Shown here piece by piece: positions 37,256 to 51,014 of a stretch of 64,000 bases of DNA. The notes beneath the pieces are model-generated. The model was not told where the DNA came from. It did no database searches and was given only the letters and a program-made list of their open reading frames with translations. The DNA lies in NCBI RefSeq assembly GCF_006345805.1, contig NC_043020.1:18290001-18354000 (forward strand), in the 5' to 3' direction. This stretch comes from Octopus sinensis (taxonomy: Eukaryota). The first letter of the stretch is position 1; the number at the start of each line of letters is the position of its first letter. The position numbers and the translations under genes are program-made.

Positions 37256-37570
37256 CATCATCATCATCATCATCATCGTTTAACATCCTCCTTCTGTGCC
37301 GGCATGGGTTGGACAGTTTGACAGGAGCTGGCCAGGCAGAAGCGAGCACCATACTTCTGTGTCTGTTTTGGCATGGTTTCTTTTTCATGGCTGGATGATC
37401 TTCCTAACATCAACCACCACACAGAGTGGGCTGAGTGCTTTTTACATAGTACCAGCACAGGCGAGGTCAGTTTTGGCATGGTTTTTACGGCTGGATGCCC
37501 TTCCAAATGCCAACCACTTTACAGTGTGGAATGGATGCTTTTTAAGTAACACCTGCACTGGCAAGGTCAC
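37256..37570 (-). mobile_element. RTE LINE 3' UTR fragment
   Basis: (CAT)n-CGTTTAACATCC...GCATGGGTTGGACAG. Confidence 0.75.
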
Positions 37571-37648
37571 CAAATAACTTTGCAAGGCAAGAAATCTTTG
37601 AGAGGAGACTAATTTTTTTAGTCAATACTCAGTGAATGCTTACAAGCC

Positions 37649-38144
37649 TATTATTATTATTATTATTGAGTGAGAGAGCAGTTCATGCCATCAAAGTGAC
37701 ACTGGGGTAAAATATACGAAGCCCAATATACCCATCATGACTACCCGTCTGATAAAGGTATACCAGGCACATGCATCACAACCATATGTGCACGACATGG
37801 TGATCTCATATCAAGATAAACAGCACATGACCTTGCAGGTGGGGCCCAGTTAGAATTTTCTTCAGGTTGAGTAGCCCATCCCGCTCAAAAGGTCCCTGAA
37901 TAAGGGTTGTTTAAGGACGTTGAACGAAACACCCATGTTTCCAGAGGTGAATTATTCAAACCCCAAAGAATCCCTCTCAACACATGGCTATGATGCTCCC
38001 CCACTACTTCTGCTCGTGATCAGAGATGCACATATCGTCAGCTACTAAGGGACATGCTCAACTGGTTAAGGTCAAACAACTGACAAGCAAATCTGTGGTA
38101 TTGAGCAGAATATTTGCTGTAGCCCATCTTTTATACCAAGACAA
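37649..38144 (-). mobile_element. ~480-bp interspersed repeat with (AAT)n tail
   Basis: Parts recur at 7316-7493 and 26690-26860; (TAT)n on both flanks. Confidence 0.7.
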
Positions 38145-38789
38145 TATTATTATTATTATTATTATTAGTAATTATTAGTAATTATGGTAATTTTCACTAG
38201 TTACCATTTCTTCATATACTGCATAATAATATTTAATTATAAAAGTACAGTAAGATTTTTTTGTAATATATCCATTGAATGGCTATGGAAGTCCAGGAGA
38301 GTAAAATAGGAATCAAAGGCAAAAAATGATTAAGAACCACTACTCTAGAGAGTCCACTACAAGATCTATTCCTTGTTATGGTACGGGGGTTTGTTTGCTT
38401 TAATAATCCTGAAAGCTCTGCCAAAGTGCATGTTCCTTGAAGGGCCTACCATGTTGGACAGGACAAAAGGATAGGGCCAGGCTATTATGGACCACCTCTT
38501 CTGAGAGGTGAAAATGAGTTTGAGTAGGACCAACATCCCTACCTACCAAAAAAAAGCAGAGTTTTAGAAGCATTGATGATAATTCGAAACCAACAACACT
38601 TAAGTGAGGAAGGCTTTGCCCCAAGAAAACATATGACAAGCAGCAGTAAAATCTGAAAAGAAGGAAAAGCAGGGATCCACCTGAAGAGAAGTAGACAAAG
38701 ATAGCCCAGATTTAAGAACAGTGGAATGAAGTCATTGATGACCAAGTACAAGACAGGGAGTGAAAGGCTTGATAAGTAAGTCTCTAGAG

Positions 38790-38990
38790 CAGTGCTTTTC
38801 AAACGTTTTGCTGGAGCGGAACCCCAAGGAAACATTTCACTGGCTCGAGGAACCCCTGTGCAATAATTTAATAGTTTTATGCACACATATCTGCACAGGA
38901 GAATTAAAAATTACTGCTGATTTTAGCAGTTTTGTAACTTCTTGCAGAATCCCTGGACTGTACTGACGGAACCCTGGTTGAAAACCACTG
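38790..38990. mobile_element. hAT-Charlie-type MITE
   Basis: TIRs CAGTGCTTTTCAA / TTGAAAACCACTG; perfect 8-bp TSD CTCTAGAG at 38782-89 and 38991-98. Confidence 0.9.
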
Positions 38991-39132
38991 CTCTAGAGAG
39001 ATGAAAGAAAATTAACTTCATCTCGAGTTGGATTTGAACTCAGAATATAAAGGGACATAACTGCATACTATAAAATATCTAACCTGAACTTTCCCATTCC
39101 TACTGTATTTAAGGAATAAAAATGATTTTAAA

Positions 39133-39510
39133 TTTTGGCACAAGGCTAGCAATTCTGAGGGAGTGGGTAAGTCATTTACATCAACACCAATGGCCAAATG
39201 GTACTTTCGACCCCGAAATGATGAAAGGCAAAGTCAACCTCAGTGGAGTTTGAACACAGAACATAAAAACAAACGAAATGCCACTAAGCATTTTGCCTGG
39301 AGTATTAACAATTCTATTGGCTCTCCACCTTTGTTTAATGAATAATAATAATAATACAAACAAAGGCAGTGATCTGGTGGAATCATTAGTAGGCCGGGCA
39401 AAATGCTTAGCAGCATTTCATCATCCATTCTTATGTTTTGAGTTCAAATTCCACTGAGGTTAACTTTGCCTTTCATCCTTTTAGGGTTGATGAAATAAGT
39501 ACCAGTTCCC
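39133..39510. mobile_element. Head-to-head pair of family B SINEs (minus about 39133-39332, plus about 39362-39510)
   Basis: GATGAAAGGCAAAGTCAACCTCAGTGG versus CCACTGAGGTTAACTTTGCCTTTCATC. Confidence 0.75.
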
Positions 39511-39530
39511 CACCCTGATATAGTGATCAT

Positions 39531-39587
<57 letters not shown>

Positions 39588-40163
39588 CTACATCAATACT
39601 CAGCTGGTATGCAATTCAGCTGAGTTGATTGGATGCTATGAGATGAAGTGCCTTACTCAAGAATATAAGACACTGCCTGCTCTAGGAACCAAACCCATAA
39701 CCTTTTGGCCATAAGCCCAAGCCCCTAACCATTAGGCTTTGTGCCTTCACTGATTCACAACCAACCATCTTAGAAAAGTAAGGTCACAGTGGAATCAAAG
39801 ATTTACAAAAGAAGTTAAAAAATGAGATGGTCATGACTGGACCCTAATTACTCAAGCTCTTCACTCCCTATGAAGCATGGGCCATTTATTCTTTGCCTTT
39901 TATCTTTTTCTTGCTTTCAGTCATTAGATACTGGCCATGCTGGGGCACTGGTTTGAAGAATTTGTAGTTAAATGAATTGACCTGAGCACTTTTTTTTTTT
40001 TTTAAGCTTGGTACTTATTCTATTGGTCTTTTTTTTGCCAAACCGCTAAGTTGCAGGAACATAAACACATCAACCACTGGTTGACAATCAGTGGTGGGGA
40101 CAAATACAGACAATGAGTCACACACACATTGATACATAAACATATATGTATATGTGTGTGTGT

Positions 40164-40884
40164 ATCATCATCATCATCATCATCGTTTAGTGTCCGCTTT
40201 CCATGCTAGCATGGGTTGGACGGTTCAACTGGGGTCTGGGAAGCCAGGAGGCTGCACCAGGCCCAGGCTGATCTGGCAATGTTTCTATGGCTGGATGACC
40301 TTCCTAACGCCAACCACTTTGTGAGTGTAGTGGGTGCTTTTTACGTGCCAGACGAGGCTGGCAAACGGCCATGATCGGATGGAACTTTTTACGTGCCACC
40401 GGCACGAGGCCAGTCGGGGCAGCGCTGGCAACAGCCACGTTTGGATGTTTCTCTTACGTACCACCGGCACTGGTATCACAGCTGCAATTTCCATTGATGT
40501 TGATTGATTTCGATTTTGATTTTGATTTTGGATTTTCACTTGCCTCAGCAGGTCTTCACAAGTAGAGTTTTGTATTCCAAGTAGGAAAGGTATGCATAAG
40601 TGGACTGGCTACATCCCATGTAGAGGTCACAGGTTATGGTCTCACTTGTCCTGCCAGGTCTTCTCACGCACAGCATACTTCCAAAGGTCTCAGTCTCTAG
40701 TCATTTCCTCAGTGAGACCTAAAGTTCGAAGGTCGTGCTTCACCACCTCGTCCCAAGTTTTCTTGGGTCTGCCTCTTCCACAGGTTCCCTCAACCGTTAG
40801 GGTGTGACACTTTTTCACACAACTATCTTCATCCATTCTCGCCACATGACCATACCAGCGCAAACGTCTCTCTTGCACACCATA
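40164..40884 (-). mobile_element. 5'-truncated RTE-clade LINE: RT C-terminus plus 3' UTR and (GAT)n tail
   Basis: VQERRLRWYGHVARMDEDSCVKKCHTLTVEGTCGRGRPKKTWDEVVKHDLRTLGLTEEMTRD*DLWKYAVREKTWQDK*; premature TGA at 40690 fits CGA decay. Confidence 0.92.
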
Positions 40885-41153
40885 CACACACACACACACA
40901 CACACACACATATGCACACACACACATATATATTCTTTTATTCTTTTGTTCTTTTATTTGTTACAGTAAATTGACTGCAGCCATGCTGGAGCACTGCCTT
41001 GAATCGAACAAATCAACTGCAGGGCTTATTCTTTGTAAGCCCAGTACTTATTCTATTGGTCTCTTTTGCTGAACCGCTAAGTTACGGGGATGTAATCACA
41101 CCAACATCAGTTGTCAAATGATGATGGGGACAAACAAATACACACAAACATAC

Positions 41154-41188
<35 letters not shown>

Positions 41189-41317
41189 GATAAAACTTAC
41201 TTGGAAGTGGATGCGTGGCATTCGATCATATAATAACAAATTAATAAATAAAACATATGCATACATACGTATATGTACATACCTACATCTATATGTATAT
41301 TTACATGCATATATAAT

Positions 41318-41714
41318 AGGCGCAGGAGTGGCTGTGTGGTAAGTAGCTTGCTAACCAACTACATGGTTCCGGGTTCAATCCCACTGCGTGGCATCTTGGG
41401 CAAGTGTCTTCTGCTATAGCCCCGGGCCGACCATTGCCTTGTGAGTGGATTCGGTAGACGGAAACTGAAAGAAGCCTGTCGTATATATGTGTATATATAT
41501 ATATATCTGTGTGTTTGTGTGTCTGTGTTTGTCCCCCTAGCATTGCTTGACAACCAATGCTGGTGTGTTTACGTCCCCGTCACTTAGCTGTTCGGCAAAA
41601 GAGACCGATAGAATAAGTACTGGGCTTATAAAGAATAAGTCCCAGGGTCGATTTGCTCGACTAAAGGTGGTGCTCCAGCATGGCCGCAGTCAAATGGCTG
41701 AAACAAGTAAAAGA
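41318..41714 (+). mobile_element. SINE family A, full length
   Basis: Complete head, centre, microsatellite and tail. Confidence 0.88.
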
Positions 41715-42827
41715 CTAAAGACATGGGTAAAGGACACCAAAAAACGAAGAACACAACGAGAAACAAAAACATAAAAACAGAACCATGGAAACAGAGTACA
41801 AGACATACAAAACAAGGAACATTCCCCTTCTTCAGCTACCCCTGCTTCGACTACTCCGTGTTTCAAAGGTAAGCGCAAGACACGACTTCATTGAAACAGT
41901 CCTTCCCACAAAGCAAATTAAATAAAATTTTGGATTTTTTGCAGAGGGGTAAAAAAGGTGACAAGAACAGGACAGCAAAATCCAAATAAGACAGTAAAAG
42001 CAATACAAATAAAAACAGTAAAAGACAGGACAAGGAGAATAACACAATAAAAACAAACGATAACGGCTTTTAAGACTAGATGATGGAAAAATTAATTTGA
42101 ACGCATTGAGAAAATGGCTTACGAGGACAGAAGCCGTTGTAGACTTGTTGAAGGCAGTAGTCAGGAAAGAAGGTTAGTTACCCTCTGGTCAGCAATGAGA
42201 AGGAGGAAGAGGAGTAAGAGAGAGGGAATGGTGAAAAGGAGAGGAGAAGAATAGGGAAGGGTGGGAGAGAAAACCAGAAAGGATGAAAAAATAAGAGAGG
42301 GAGAGAGACAGGCAGGGAGGAAAGTAGGGAGAGAAGAGCAAAATCTTGGTCAAATCAATAAAATGAATGGTCCCTGCACAAAGTTAAATAAAAACTTCAA
42401 TAGAAATTAACCCTTTAGCATTTAAACCAACTATATCAGGCTGTTTCATGTTTAAAAAGGACCAAATCAGGTTTCTCACACCTACAGTGTCATTTCCAAA
42501 AATAAATGCTCTTCTCAACACATCTGACATTGGCAGCAGAGGAGAAGCTATCACCATTAACTCCCTCCCAAAGTTTACCCCACTTTCTCATCATGAGAAA
42601 ACTGATGATAAGGGGATAGAATTTGAACTCAGGATGCTTAGAGCCACAACAGATAGTGCAAAGCATGTGATCCAATACTAATGATTCTGCTAATCTACTA
42701 CCCTGGACTGCTGTGATAGTTATTGACTATGAAAGAGAACAAGGACAAATAATGCAAACCCTTCAGCCTGATGGCTTAATTTTGTCCTTTCACTATATAT
42801 GTATATATGTATATATATTTATATATA

Positions 42828-43041
42828 CTCTTTTACTTGTTTCAGTCATTTGACTGTGGCCAGCAAATCGACCCCAGGACTTATTCTTTGTAAGCCTAGT
42901 ACTTATTCTGTTGGTCTCTTTTGCTGAAGCACTAGGTTACGAGGATGTAAACACACCAGCACCAGTTGTTAAACGATGTTGGAGTGGAGTGGGGGGACAA
43001 ACACAGACACACAAACATATACACATACACATATATATATA

Positions 43042-43078
<37 letters not shown>

Positions 43079-43254
43079 CACATATATATATACGATGGGC
43101 TACTTTCAGCTTCCATCTACCAAGTCCACTCACAAGGCTTTGGTTGCCCCAAGGCTATAGTAGAAGACACTTGCCCAAAATGCCATGCAGTGGGACTGAA
43201 CCCAGAACCATGTGGTTCGTAAGCAAGCTACTTACCACACAGTCACTCCTACGG

Positions 43255-43257
<3 letters not shown>
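42828..43257 (-). mobile_element. SINE family A, near full length
   Basis: Reverse complement of 41318-41714. Confidence 0.85.
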
Positions 43258-43301
<44 letters not shown>

Positions 43302-43303
<2 letters not shown>

Positions 43304-44462
43304 AGGTAGTATCAAAAAGTTCCTGGACTATTCTGTAGTGCACCAACAGATGGCAGTACATGGTTGCGTGCACGGTGAGCACTAACAGTGACCTTTCTGA
43401 GGCAGTGTGCTGAGTGGCATCGCTGTGTTTACTTCACAAGTTCTAAAATTTGTGCTTTTGCGATCATTGTATGCTGCAGTCTGCGATTTTTGTCATGGTG
43501 AGGTAGCTGGAAAAAAGAGCCAATGTGAAATTTTCCATTAAATTTGGGAAGTCTGCTGTAGAGACATTGAAAATGCTTCGGTAAGCTTATGGCGATGAGG
43601 CAATGGGTTGTACATAGTGTTTCAAATGGCATGGGTATTTCAAAAATGGAAGAGTATCCCTAGAAATGATGAGCAATCTGGAAGACCTGTCACAAGTGTC
43701 ACTCCCAAAAATGTGGTATTGTGCATTGAGAATTCACCCCCCAGGGCCAGACCATCAACTGGAGTTCTGTGGTGTATGCGGGAGATTTGAAGTAAAGACA
43801 CCTACCTTCTCTTTGTCGATGCAGACCTCCCCAGTGGTAACGCACCCTACCACGTGGCCCGACCCGAACACTAAAAATAGCAGCTGCTTTTCCCTTACCT
43901 TGTCGAAGCACTCACACGTCCAGCACTATTGGCTACCCTGATCGAAAAGGCCCAATCAGCCCCTGCCTGCACATGAGTCACTCCTGTGCATTTCCTCTTC
44001 CAGTCAGTTCCCAAGTTCTGGTCAGATCCCCAGCTACTGACATCATCCCACAAGTTCTACTGTGACACCTGAGGGAGGACATTTGGTGAAAGAGATCGGA
44101 TCTGTGGAGCACAAAGAATTAGATTCTTCATTGAGCTTTCCTCATTCATGACTTTCTCACATGGTATTCTTTCTGTACCCACCCTATTCATCAGATTTAA
44201 CACCTGCAGACTTCCATCTCTTCCCAAAGATGAAAAGGTCAACGTTTTAACACCATTGCTGAGATCCAGAGTGAATCACAGAAGGTCCTACACTCACTTA
44301 CATAAAATGACTTCCAGACCAGACTCCAAAAGTGGCAGGAATGCTTGGACTAGTATATTCTGTGCAAGGTGACTATTTTGAAGGAGATGATTTTAAAACT
44401 TAGGCAAATAAGTTATTTTTTAATAAACATAATTGGTCTGGGAACCTTTTGATATGACCTCG
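43302..44462 (+). mobile_element. Decayed mariner element with internal deletion and nested LTR
   Basis: Imperfect TIRs CAAGGTAGTATCAAAAAGTTCC / GGAACCTTTTGATATGACCTCG-TA; peptides KRANVKFSIKFGKSAVETLKML, DEQSGRPVTS, PQGQTIN, YPPYSSDLTPADFHLFPKMK. Confidence 0.88.
43768..44052. mobile_element. Solo LTR, 285 bp
   Basis: TGTGG...CCACA termini; 5-bp TSD AGTTC at 43763-67 and 44053-57; interrupts the mariner frame at a single point. Confidence 0.8.
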
Positions 44463-44677
44463 TATGTGTGTGTATATATATATATATACATACTCTTTCT
44501 ATTCTTTTCTTTTACTTGTTTCAGTCATTTGACTGCAGCCATGCTGGAGCACCACCTTTAGTCGAGCAAATCGACCCCAGAACTTATTCTTTGTAAACCT
44601 AGTACTTATTCTATCGGTCTCTTTTTGCCGAACTGCTAAGTTACGGGGACATAAGCACACCACACACACACATAATC

Positions 44678-45071
44678 ACATGACAGGCTTCTTTCAGTTT
44701 CGCCTACCAATCCACTCACAAGACTTTGGCAGGCCCGAGGCTATAGTAGAAGACACTTGCCCAAGGTGCCATATGATGGGACTGAAAACCAGAACGATGT
44801 GGTTGAGAAGCAAGCTTAAATACAAGTGGCATTTTCCTTGTTTCTACCTGTCTCTGTCTCTAAATACATACATACATACATAAATAAATACATACATACA
44901 TATATACATACATTACAACATTTACATACATACATACATGCAGCATGCATGCATACATACATACATACATACATACATACATACATTAACATACATACAT
45001 ACATACATACATGATGCATACATACATACATACACACACACATATATATATTACATACATACAAACACACA

Positions 45072-45110
<39 letters not shown>

Positions 45111-45493
45111 CATGACAGGCTTCTTTCAGTTTCCGCCTACCAAATCCACTCACAAGACTTTGGCAGGCCCGAGGCTATAGTAGAAGACACTTGCCCAAGG
45201 TGCCATATGATGGGACTGAACCCAGAACGATGTGGTTGAGAAGCAAGCTTAAATACAAGTGGCATTTTCCTTGTTTCTACCTGTCTCTGTCTCTAAATAC
45301 ATACATACATACATAAATACATACATACATACATATATACATACATACATACATACATACATACATACATGCATGCATGCATGCATACATACATACATAC
45401 ATACATACATACATACATACATACATACATACATACATACATGCATGCATACATACATACATACACACACACATATATATATATACATACATA

Positions 45494-45545
<52 letters not shown>
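44678..45545. repeat. Local tandem duplication (period about 432 bp) of SINE half + spacer + microsatellite
   Basis: ACATGACAGGCTTC at 44678 and 45110; copies share private variants and the non-SINE spacer TACAAGTGGCATTTTCCTTG. Confidence 0.85.
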
Positions 45546-45551
<6 letters not shown>

Positions 45552-46131
45552 GGTGCAGGCATGGCTCTGTGGTAAGAAGTTTGCTTTCGAACCACGTGGT
45601 TCCAGGTTCAGTCCTACTGCATGGCACCTTGAGAAAGTGTCTTCTAATATAGCCCCAAGTCAACCAAAGCCTTGTGAGTGGATTCGGTAGGCAGAAACTG
45701 AAAGAAGCCTTTCATCTCTCTCTCTCTCTCTTTTTCTCTCTCAGTATATATTGCGAAGAAAAGCATTTTGTTTTAACCATCATCCTTTAAATCTTAAGGT
45801 CTTGCAGATTTTTCTAGTCCCAGGTATCATGATCATTTGTAGCGTATGAATTAAGAATTTGTGCTCTCTCCCCAAGAACCCAACTTCAGCTGTGTGTATA
45901 TAACAAGAGAGAGAGGGAGAGAGAGAGAGAGAGAATCTTGTCTTGGCATCACGTAATGGAGATAGAATGAGCATCATTGTCATGCAAGCAATGTTGTTCA
46001 GTTCTTGTCTTCTGTGGCAAACATGTCAAGCTAACTTAACAAGTCATTCGACTGAAATTCTTCAAGGTGATGTTACAGCATGGCCACAGTCTAATGACTG
46101 AAAGTAAACGATAAAAGATAATGCACATGCG

Positions 46132-46173
<42 letters not shown>

Positions 46174-46526
46174 ACACACACACATATACACACATACACA
46201 CTCACACGCATACACACACACATGACTTGGTGCCTGTGATCATTTCAGGGCAGTCTCAGGCACATGTTGCTCCTCCCCATTTCTTTGCACTACCAGTTAT
46301 CTCCTCCTTCCCCCGGAAGCACTTCCACCCTCATTCCCAGTATCCCCCTCCCCATACCCCCAATCACCTTCTTTCTGTGTCTTCAGTGATATCTCGCCTC
46401 TGTCGTATTCCATTCAACACCTCACATATCTGCTTTCATTCCCCAACACCCTTACATGTTTGCCATCACACCCTCCCCAGTCACTATAGCCAGCTCTACA
46501 TCTATATATGTGTATATATATACATC

Positions 46527-46592
<66 letters not shown>

Positions 46593-47290
46593 CACATCTA
46601 TATGTATGTCCCTTCATCTCCCTCCTCACAACTCCCCCTATACCCAGCACATTATTTCCCTAACTTCTGATCCTGTCCTTCCAAAAGTAACTACTGTCTC
46701 TCTCACCTTACTCCCTCTCCATACTGATATATGGCCCATCACCCTACCTCCACCCATTGTTCATCACTCACTACATTCCCCTCCACCTCCATCTCTACAC
46801 TCTCTTCACTCTCATATGAAAGTACCCACTCTCCCCCTCCCCTCCCCTGATACATTGTCGGTACCCCCCTCCTTATGTTCACCTTCTTGTACCTTGAGAG
46901 TTTACTCTGGTGCTTCATCTTTATATCCTTTCCAACCAATCCCCACCTCTGTATAATGTGTGGTAGCCACATGTCCCCTCTGTAGCAAGACACCTATGCT
47001 TGTCCCTCTATCATACTTTCGATTCAAGGCAAAAAGCCACCTCCCCTCTCAAATACTCCCTCCCCAACTCCATAGCAAGACCTTTTTTTTTTATTTTCCA
47101 TTTTTGCCTGTTCTTTTTCTGTCTTGTAAGTTACTTGGAAATCTTACTTGTACCACCAGTGGTATCAAAAAGGCACCTGGTATGGTCTGTAAACTGATTG
47201 ACAATAGGAAGAGAATTCAGCCATAGAAACCACACCAAAGCTACCTCCCTAGGGCTGATGGTATGAAAAATCACACAGTACACTCTGGAA

Positions 47291-47456
47291 AGGCATAGGA
47301 GTGACTGTGTGGTAAGAAGCTTGCTTATGAACCACATGGTTCCAGGTTCAGTCCCACTGCATGGCACCTTGGGCAAGTGTCTTTTACTATAGCCTCGAGC
47401 TGACCAAAGCCTTGTGATTGGATTTGGTAGATGGAAACTGAAAGAAGCCCGTCGTA

Positions 47457-47496
<40 letters not shown>

Positions 47497-47694
47497 TAAT
47501 AACTTCATAGTTTATAACTCGCTAAGAAGGTTTAGAACCACCTGAAGAATGTCTAAGATGTGCTGACACGAAACGATCGTAGTGGTTATTCATTTGTTAA
47601 ATTTTAATTATATAAATTTTTATGTATTGGCTTAAGTCTTTCTTTGTTTGATTTGCATAACAGTGGTTTTGTCTCTAATTTATTATAATATTAT

Positions 47695-47746
<52 letters not shown>

Positions 47747-48003
47747 ATATTATATATATATATATATATATATGTATGCATGTATGTGTGTGTATATGTT
47801 TGTATGACTGTGTTTGTCCCCACCCCCAACATCGCATGACAAACAATGCTGGTGTGTTTACGTCCCAGTAACGTAGCGGTTTGGCAAAAGGGACCGATAA
47901 AATAAGTACTAGACTTACAAAGAATAAGTCCTGGGGTCGATTTGCTCGACTAAAGGCAGTGATCCAGCATGGCCACAGTCAAATGACTGAAACAAGTAAT
48001 GGA
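47291..48003 (+). mobile_element. SINE family A interrupted in its (TA)n tract by a ~190-bp module
   Basis: 5' half 47291-47455, 3' half 47800-48003. Confidence 0.8.
47536..47587 (+). ncRNA. Minimal type I hammerhead ribozyme (52 nt)
   Basis: 6-bp stem I AACCAC/GTGGTT; CTGAAGA 47542-48; stem II ATGTC/GACAC (A.C at base); GAAA 47570-73; palindrome ACGATCGT; GUA 47579-81. Confidence 0.85.
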
Positions 48004-48267
48004 GTAAAGTGGTTAGTATTAGGAAGAACATCCAGCTGTGGAAACCAAACCAAAGCTGACGTTGGTGCTCTGCATAGCTCTGCGACTCTCCAGATCCTAT
48101 CAAACTGTTCAACCCATACTAGCATGGAAAACGGACATCAAATAATGATGGTGATGATGATTAATGATGATAATGACATATGTGTCTGTGTGTATACATG
48201 TATGTGTGTATGTGTGTGTGTGTGTATTTACTAACATAGAACTCGTTAATATTGTGACAGTATTTAA

Positions 48268-48530
48268 GGCAGTGAGCTGGCAGAATCGTTAGCATGCCGG
48301 GCAGAAGAATGGTTAGCATGCTGGGAAAAATCATTAACACACTGGCAGAATCATTAGAATGTTGGGCAAAATGCTCGGCGGCATTTCATCTGTCCTTATG
48401 TTCTGAGTTAAAATTCTGCTGAGGTTTATCTTTCATTCTTTCACGATCAATAAAATAAATACCAGTTGTGCACTGGGGTTTGATGTAACAGTTTTTCTCC
48501 TTCCCTAAAATTGCTGGCCTTGTGCCATAA
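48268..48530 (+). mobile_element. SINE family B with duplicated head segments
   Basis: GGCAGTGAGCTGGCAGAATCGTTAG; GCAGAA...TTAG motif repeated. Confidence 0.65.
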
Positions 48531-50248
48531 TTATGACAGTATTTATTTCTGTTTCCTTTCAATAATTCTTAATATTACTGTTTAAACCTTGTTCCATTTT
48601 GTCTGTTTGTGATTCTCAACATTTCGCAGAATTTCCTTCTTCCAGCCAATTCATGTCAGGTGTTGAGATCCTCTTGTGATATTCTGCATCATCTTTCTGC
48701 AGTTTGAAGTTGAGCAGCTCCTCTGTGACCGAAAACTTCTTTATGTGTTTGATATACAAATTACCTTTTGTATATTTGATAAGTCGCCTCTTCACTTCCT
48801 TACTCTCGTGCTCTCACTCTCTCATTCTCCTTCAATATTCTCACTCACTCACTTACTCGCTCACTTACTCATTCACTCACTCAGTCGTTCTTTCACTCTT
48901 TCACTCGTGTAATTCATTATTTCTTCTCTTTCGCTCTATCTATCAAAGATGACAGAGCTTCACTAAGATAGGTCACTCGGGCAAAACGGTGATGTAGCCA
49001 GTGGGCGCACTTGGTGGAGATCTTAGCAAGCAAGCTAGCTGAATAGGTATAGCTAATGGCAGCTACATACAAACAGCACAACACAAACACCAACACACAG
49101 ACATCACTACGCATATTACTATACACATTCCACTGTACACAACACACGCACAATTACATGCACACGCGCACACACACACACATACATCACTTCATGCACA
49201 GCTATACATATACATACATGTACACATACATTAGTATACACACATGACACATATACTGCGTTAGAGCAACACGTACACTTAAATACATACAAGTATATGT
49301 GCTCCACTACACACTTACACTCATACACACACACACACATGCACCACTGCACATGATACATATAAACCACTACCTACACAACTACATATACATCTCTTCA
49401 TACACACACACACACACACATACACACACATTAGTACACAGAATTATATACATGCACAGACACACACACATACATACACATGCAAACACTTATACACACC
49501 ACACACACATTATATATATATGGACACATACATACCTACCTACATACATACATATATACATACATACATACACACACACGCACACATATATATATATACA
49601 CATACATATATATATACACACACACATTATACAGACATATATATATACATATATGTATACATTATACATGTGTACATTATAGAGGTATATATATATACAT
49701 ACACATATACAAGCACGCGCTCATACTCACACACATCCACACACATACACACACGCACACACACACAGACAAACACACAAGCATATATACAGGCAGATGT
49801 GTGTGCGTGCGCATACAATCAGTGTGGAATCATGTTGGCTGCTAAAATAGATGCTGCTCACCTTCTCTGCACACTTCAACAAACTAAACGCTGTTTAACA
49901 TGTGTTGTCTATCTTAGTGAACTTGTACCATCTCTGCAATAAATTCCCTCTCTTTCTTTTTTTCTCAATGAGAAATCTGCACCCCCTCCCCCACCTCTTC
50001 TCCTCATTTCCCACTGGGCTTCTCCCACCTCTATTTCAATATCATACATGAATTTTTATCACAACCAGAGTGTTTTTATTTCTGTATTTTCCAGAAATTT
50101 CGATTAGCTGATATTATTGGAGTTCTCCCCCCTTGTTTCTCGTTTTTAAGATTTTTAACATCTCTGGAAAGAGTTCCCATCTTCTAATTGTGTGGATAAT
50201 CATCAGTTAATGTTAATGAAATTCTTTCCAACTCACTAATTACATTCT

Positions 50249-50459
50249 AGGTGTTGGAGTGGCTGTGTGGTAAGTAGCTTGCTTACCAACCACATGGTTC
50301 CGGGTTCAGTCCCACTGCGTGGCACCTTGGGCAAGTGTCTTCTACTATAGTCTCGAGCTGACCAAAGCCTTGTGAGTGGCTTTGGTAGACGGAAACTGAA
50401 AGAAGCCTGTCGTATATATGTATATGTGTATATATGTATATATATATATAATATATATA

Positions 50460-50499
<40 letters not shown>

Positions 50500-50505
50500 T
50501 ATATA

Positions 50506-50541
<36 letters not shown>

Positions 50542-50744
50542 GTTTGTGTTTCTGTGTTTGTTTCCCCAACATTGCTTGACAACCAATGCTGGTTTGTTTA
50601 CGTCCCTGTAACTTAGCGGTTCAGTAAAAGAGACCGATAGAATAAGTAATAGGCTTACAAGAATAAGTCCTGGGGTCGATGTGCTCGACTAAAGGCCGTG
50701 TTTCCAGAATGGCCACAGTCAAATGACTGAAACAAATAAAGAGT
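50249..50744 (+). mobile_element. SINE family A, full length
   Basis: Complete head to tail with expanded (TA)n. Confidence 0.88.
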
Positions 50745-51014
50745 ATGACTTTGAACTGTATCCTGTAGTGGGACCCTGGTTCAGGAGTTCCAAGGTTTAG
50801 AGAAGGGTGGAGCCATCTCTTAACCATTATTGTTTTCAGGTCTACTCTGATCCAGAGTTGTAGCATTTGTCATGGTCCCAGCTGTGAATTAAAATAGCCT
50901 GAGGTAAGGCATGCTGAAATCATGGGATGCAGCAGGGTGAATGTGAACTATTTCAGTAGATGAATTTATTGAATCAATGGTGAATATTACTTTGGTATTG
51001 AGCAGATGATGAAC

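Noticed and set aside
41825-41870. Permuted (type II) hammerhead on minus: GAAAC-ACGGA-GTA...CTGAAGA
   Set aside because: The segment that should form stem I does not pair
46245-47100. ORFs in a pyrimidine-skewed block (similar blocks near 27.6-27.9 and 54.0-54.25 kb)
   Set aside because: No recognisable protein motif; probably a decayed interspersed repeat that I cannot classify
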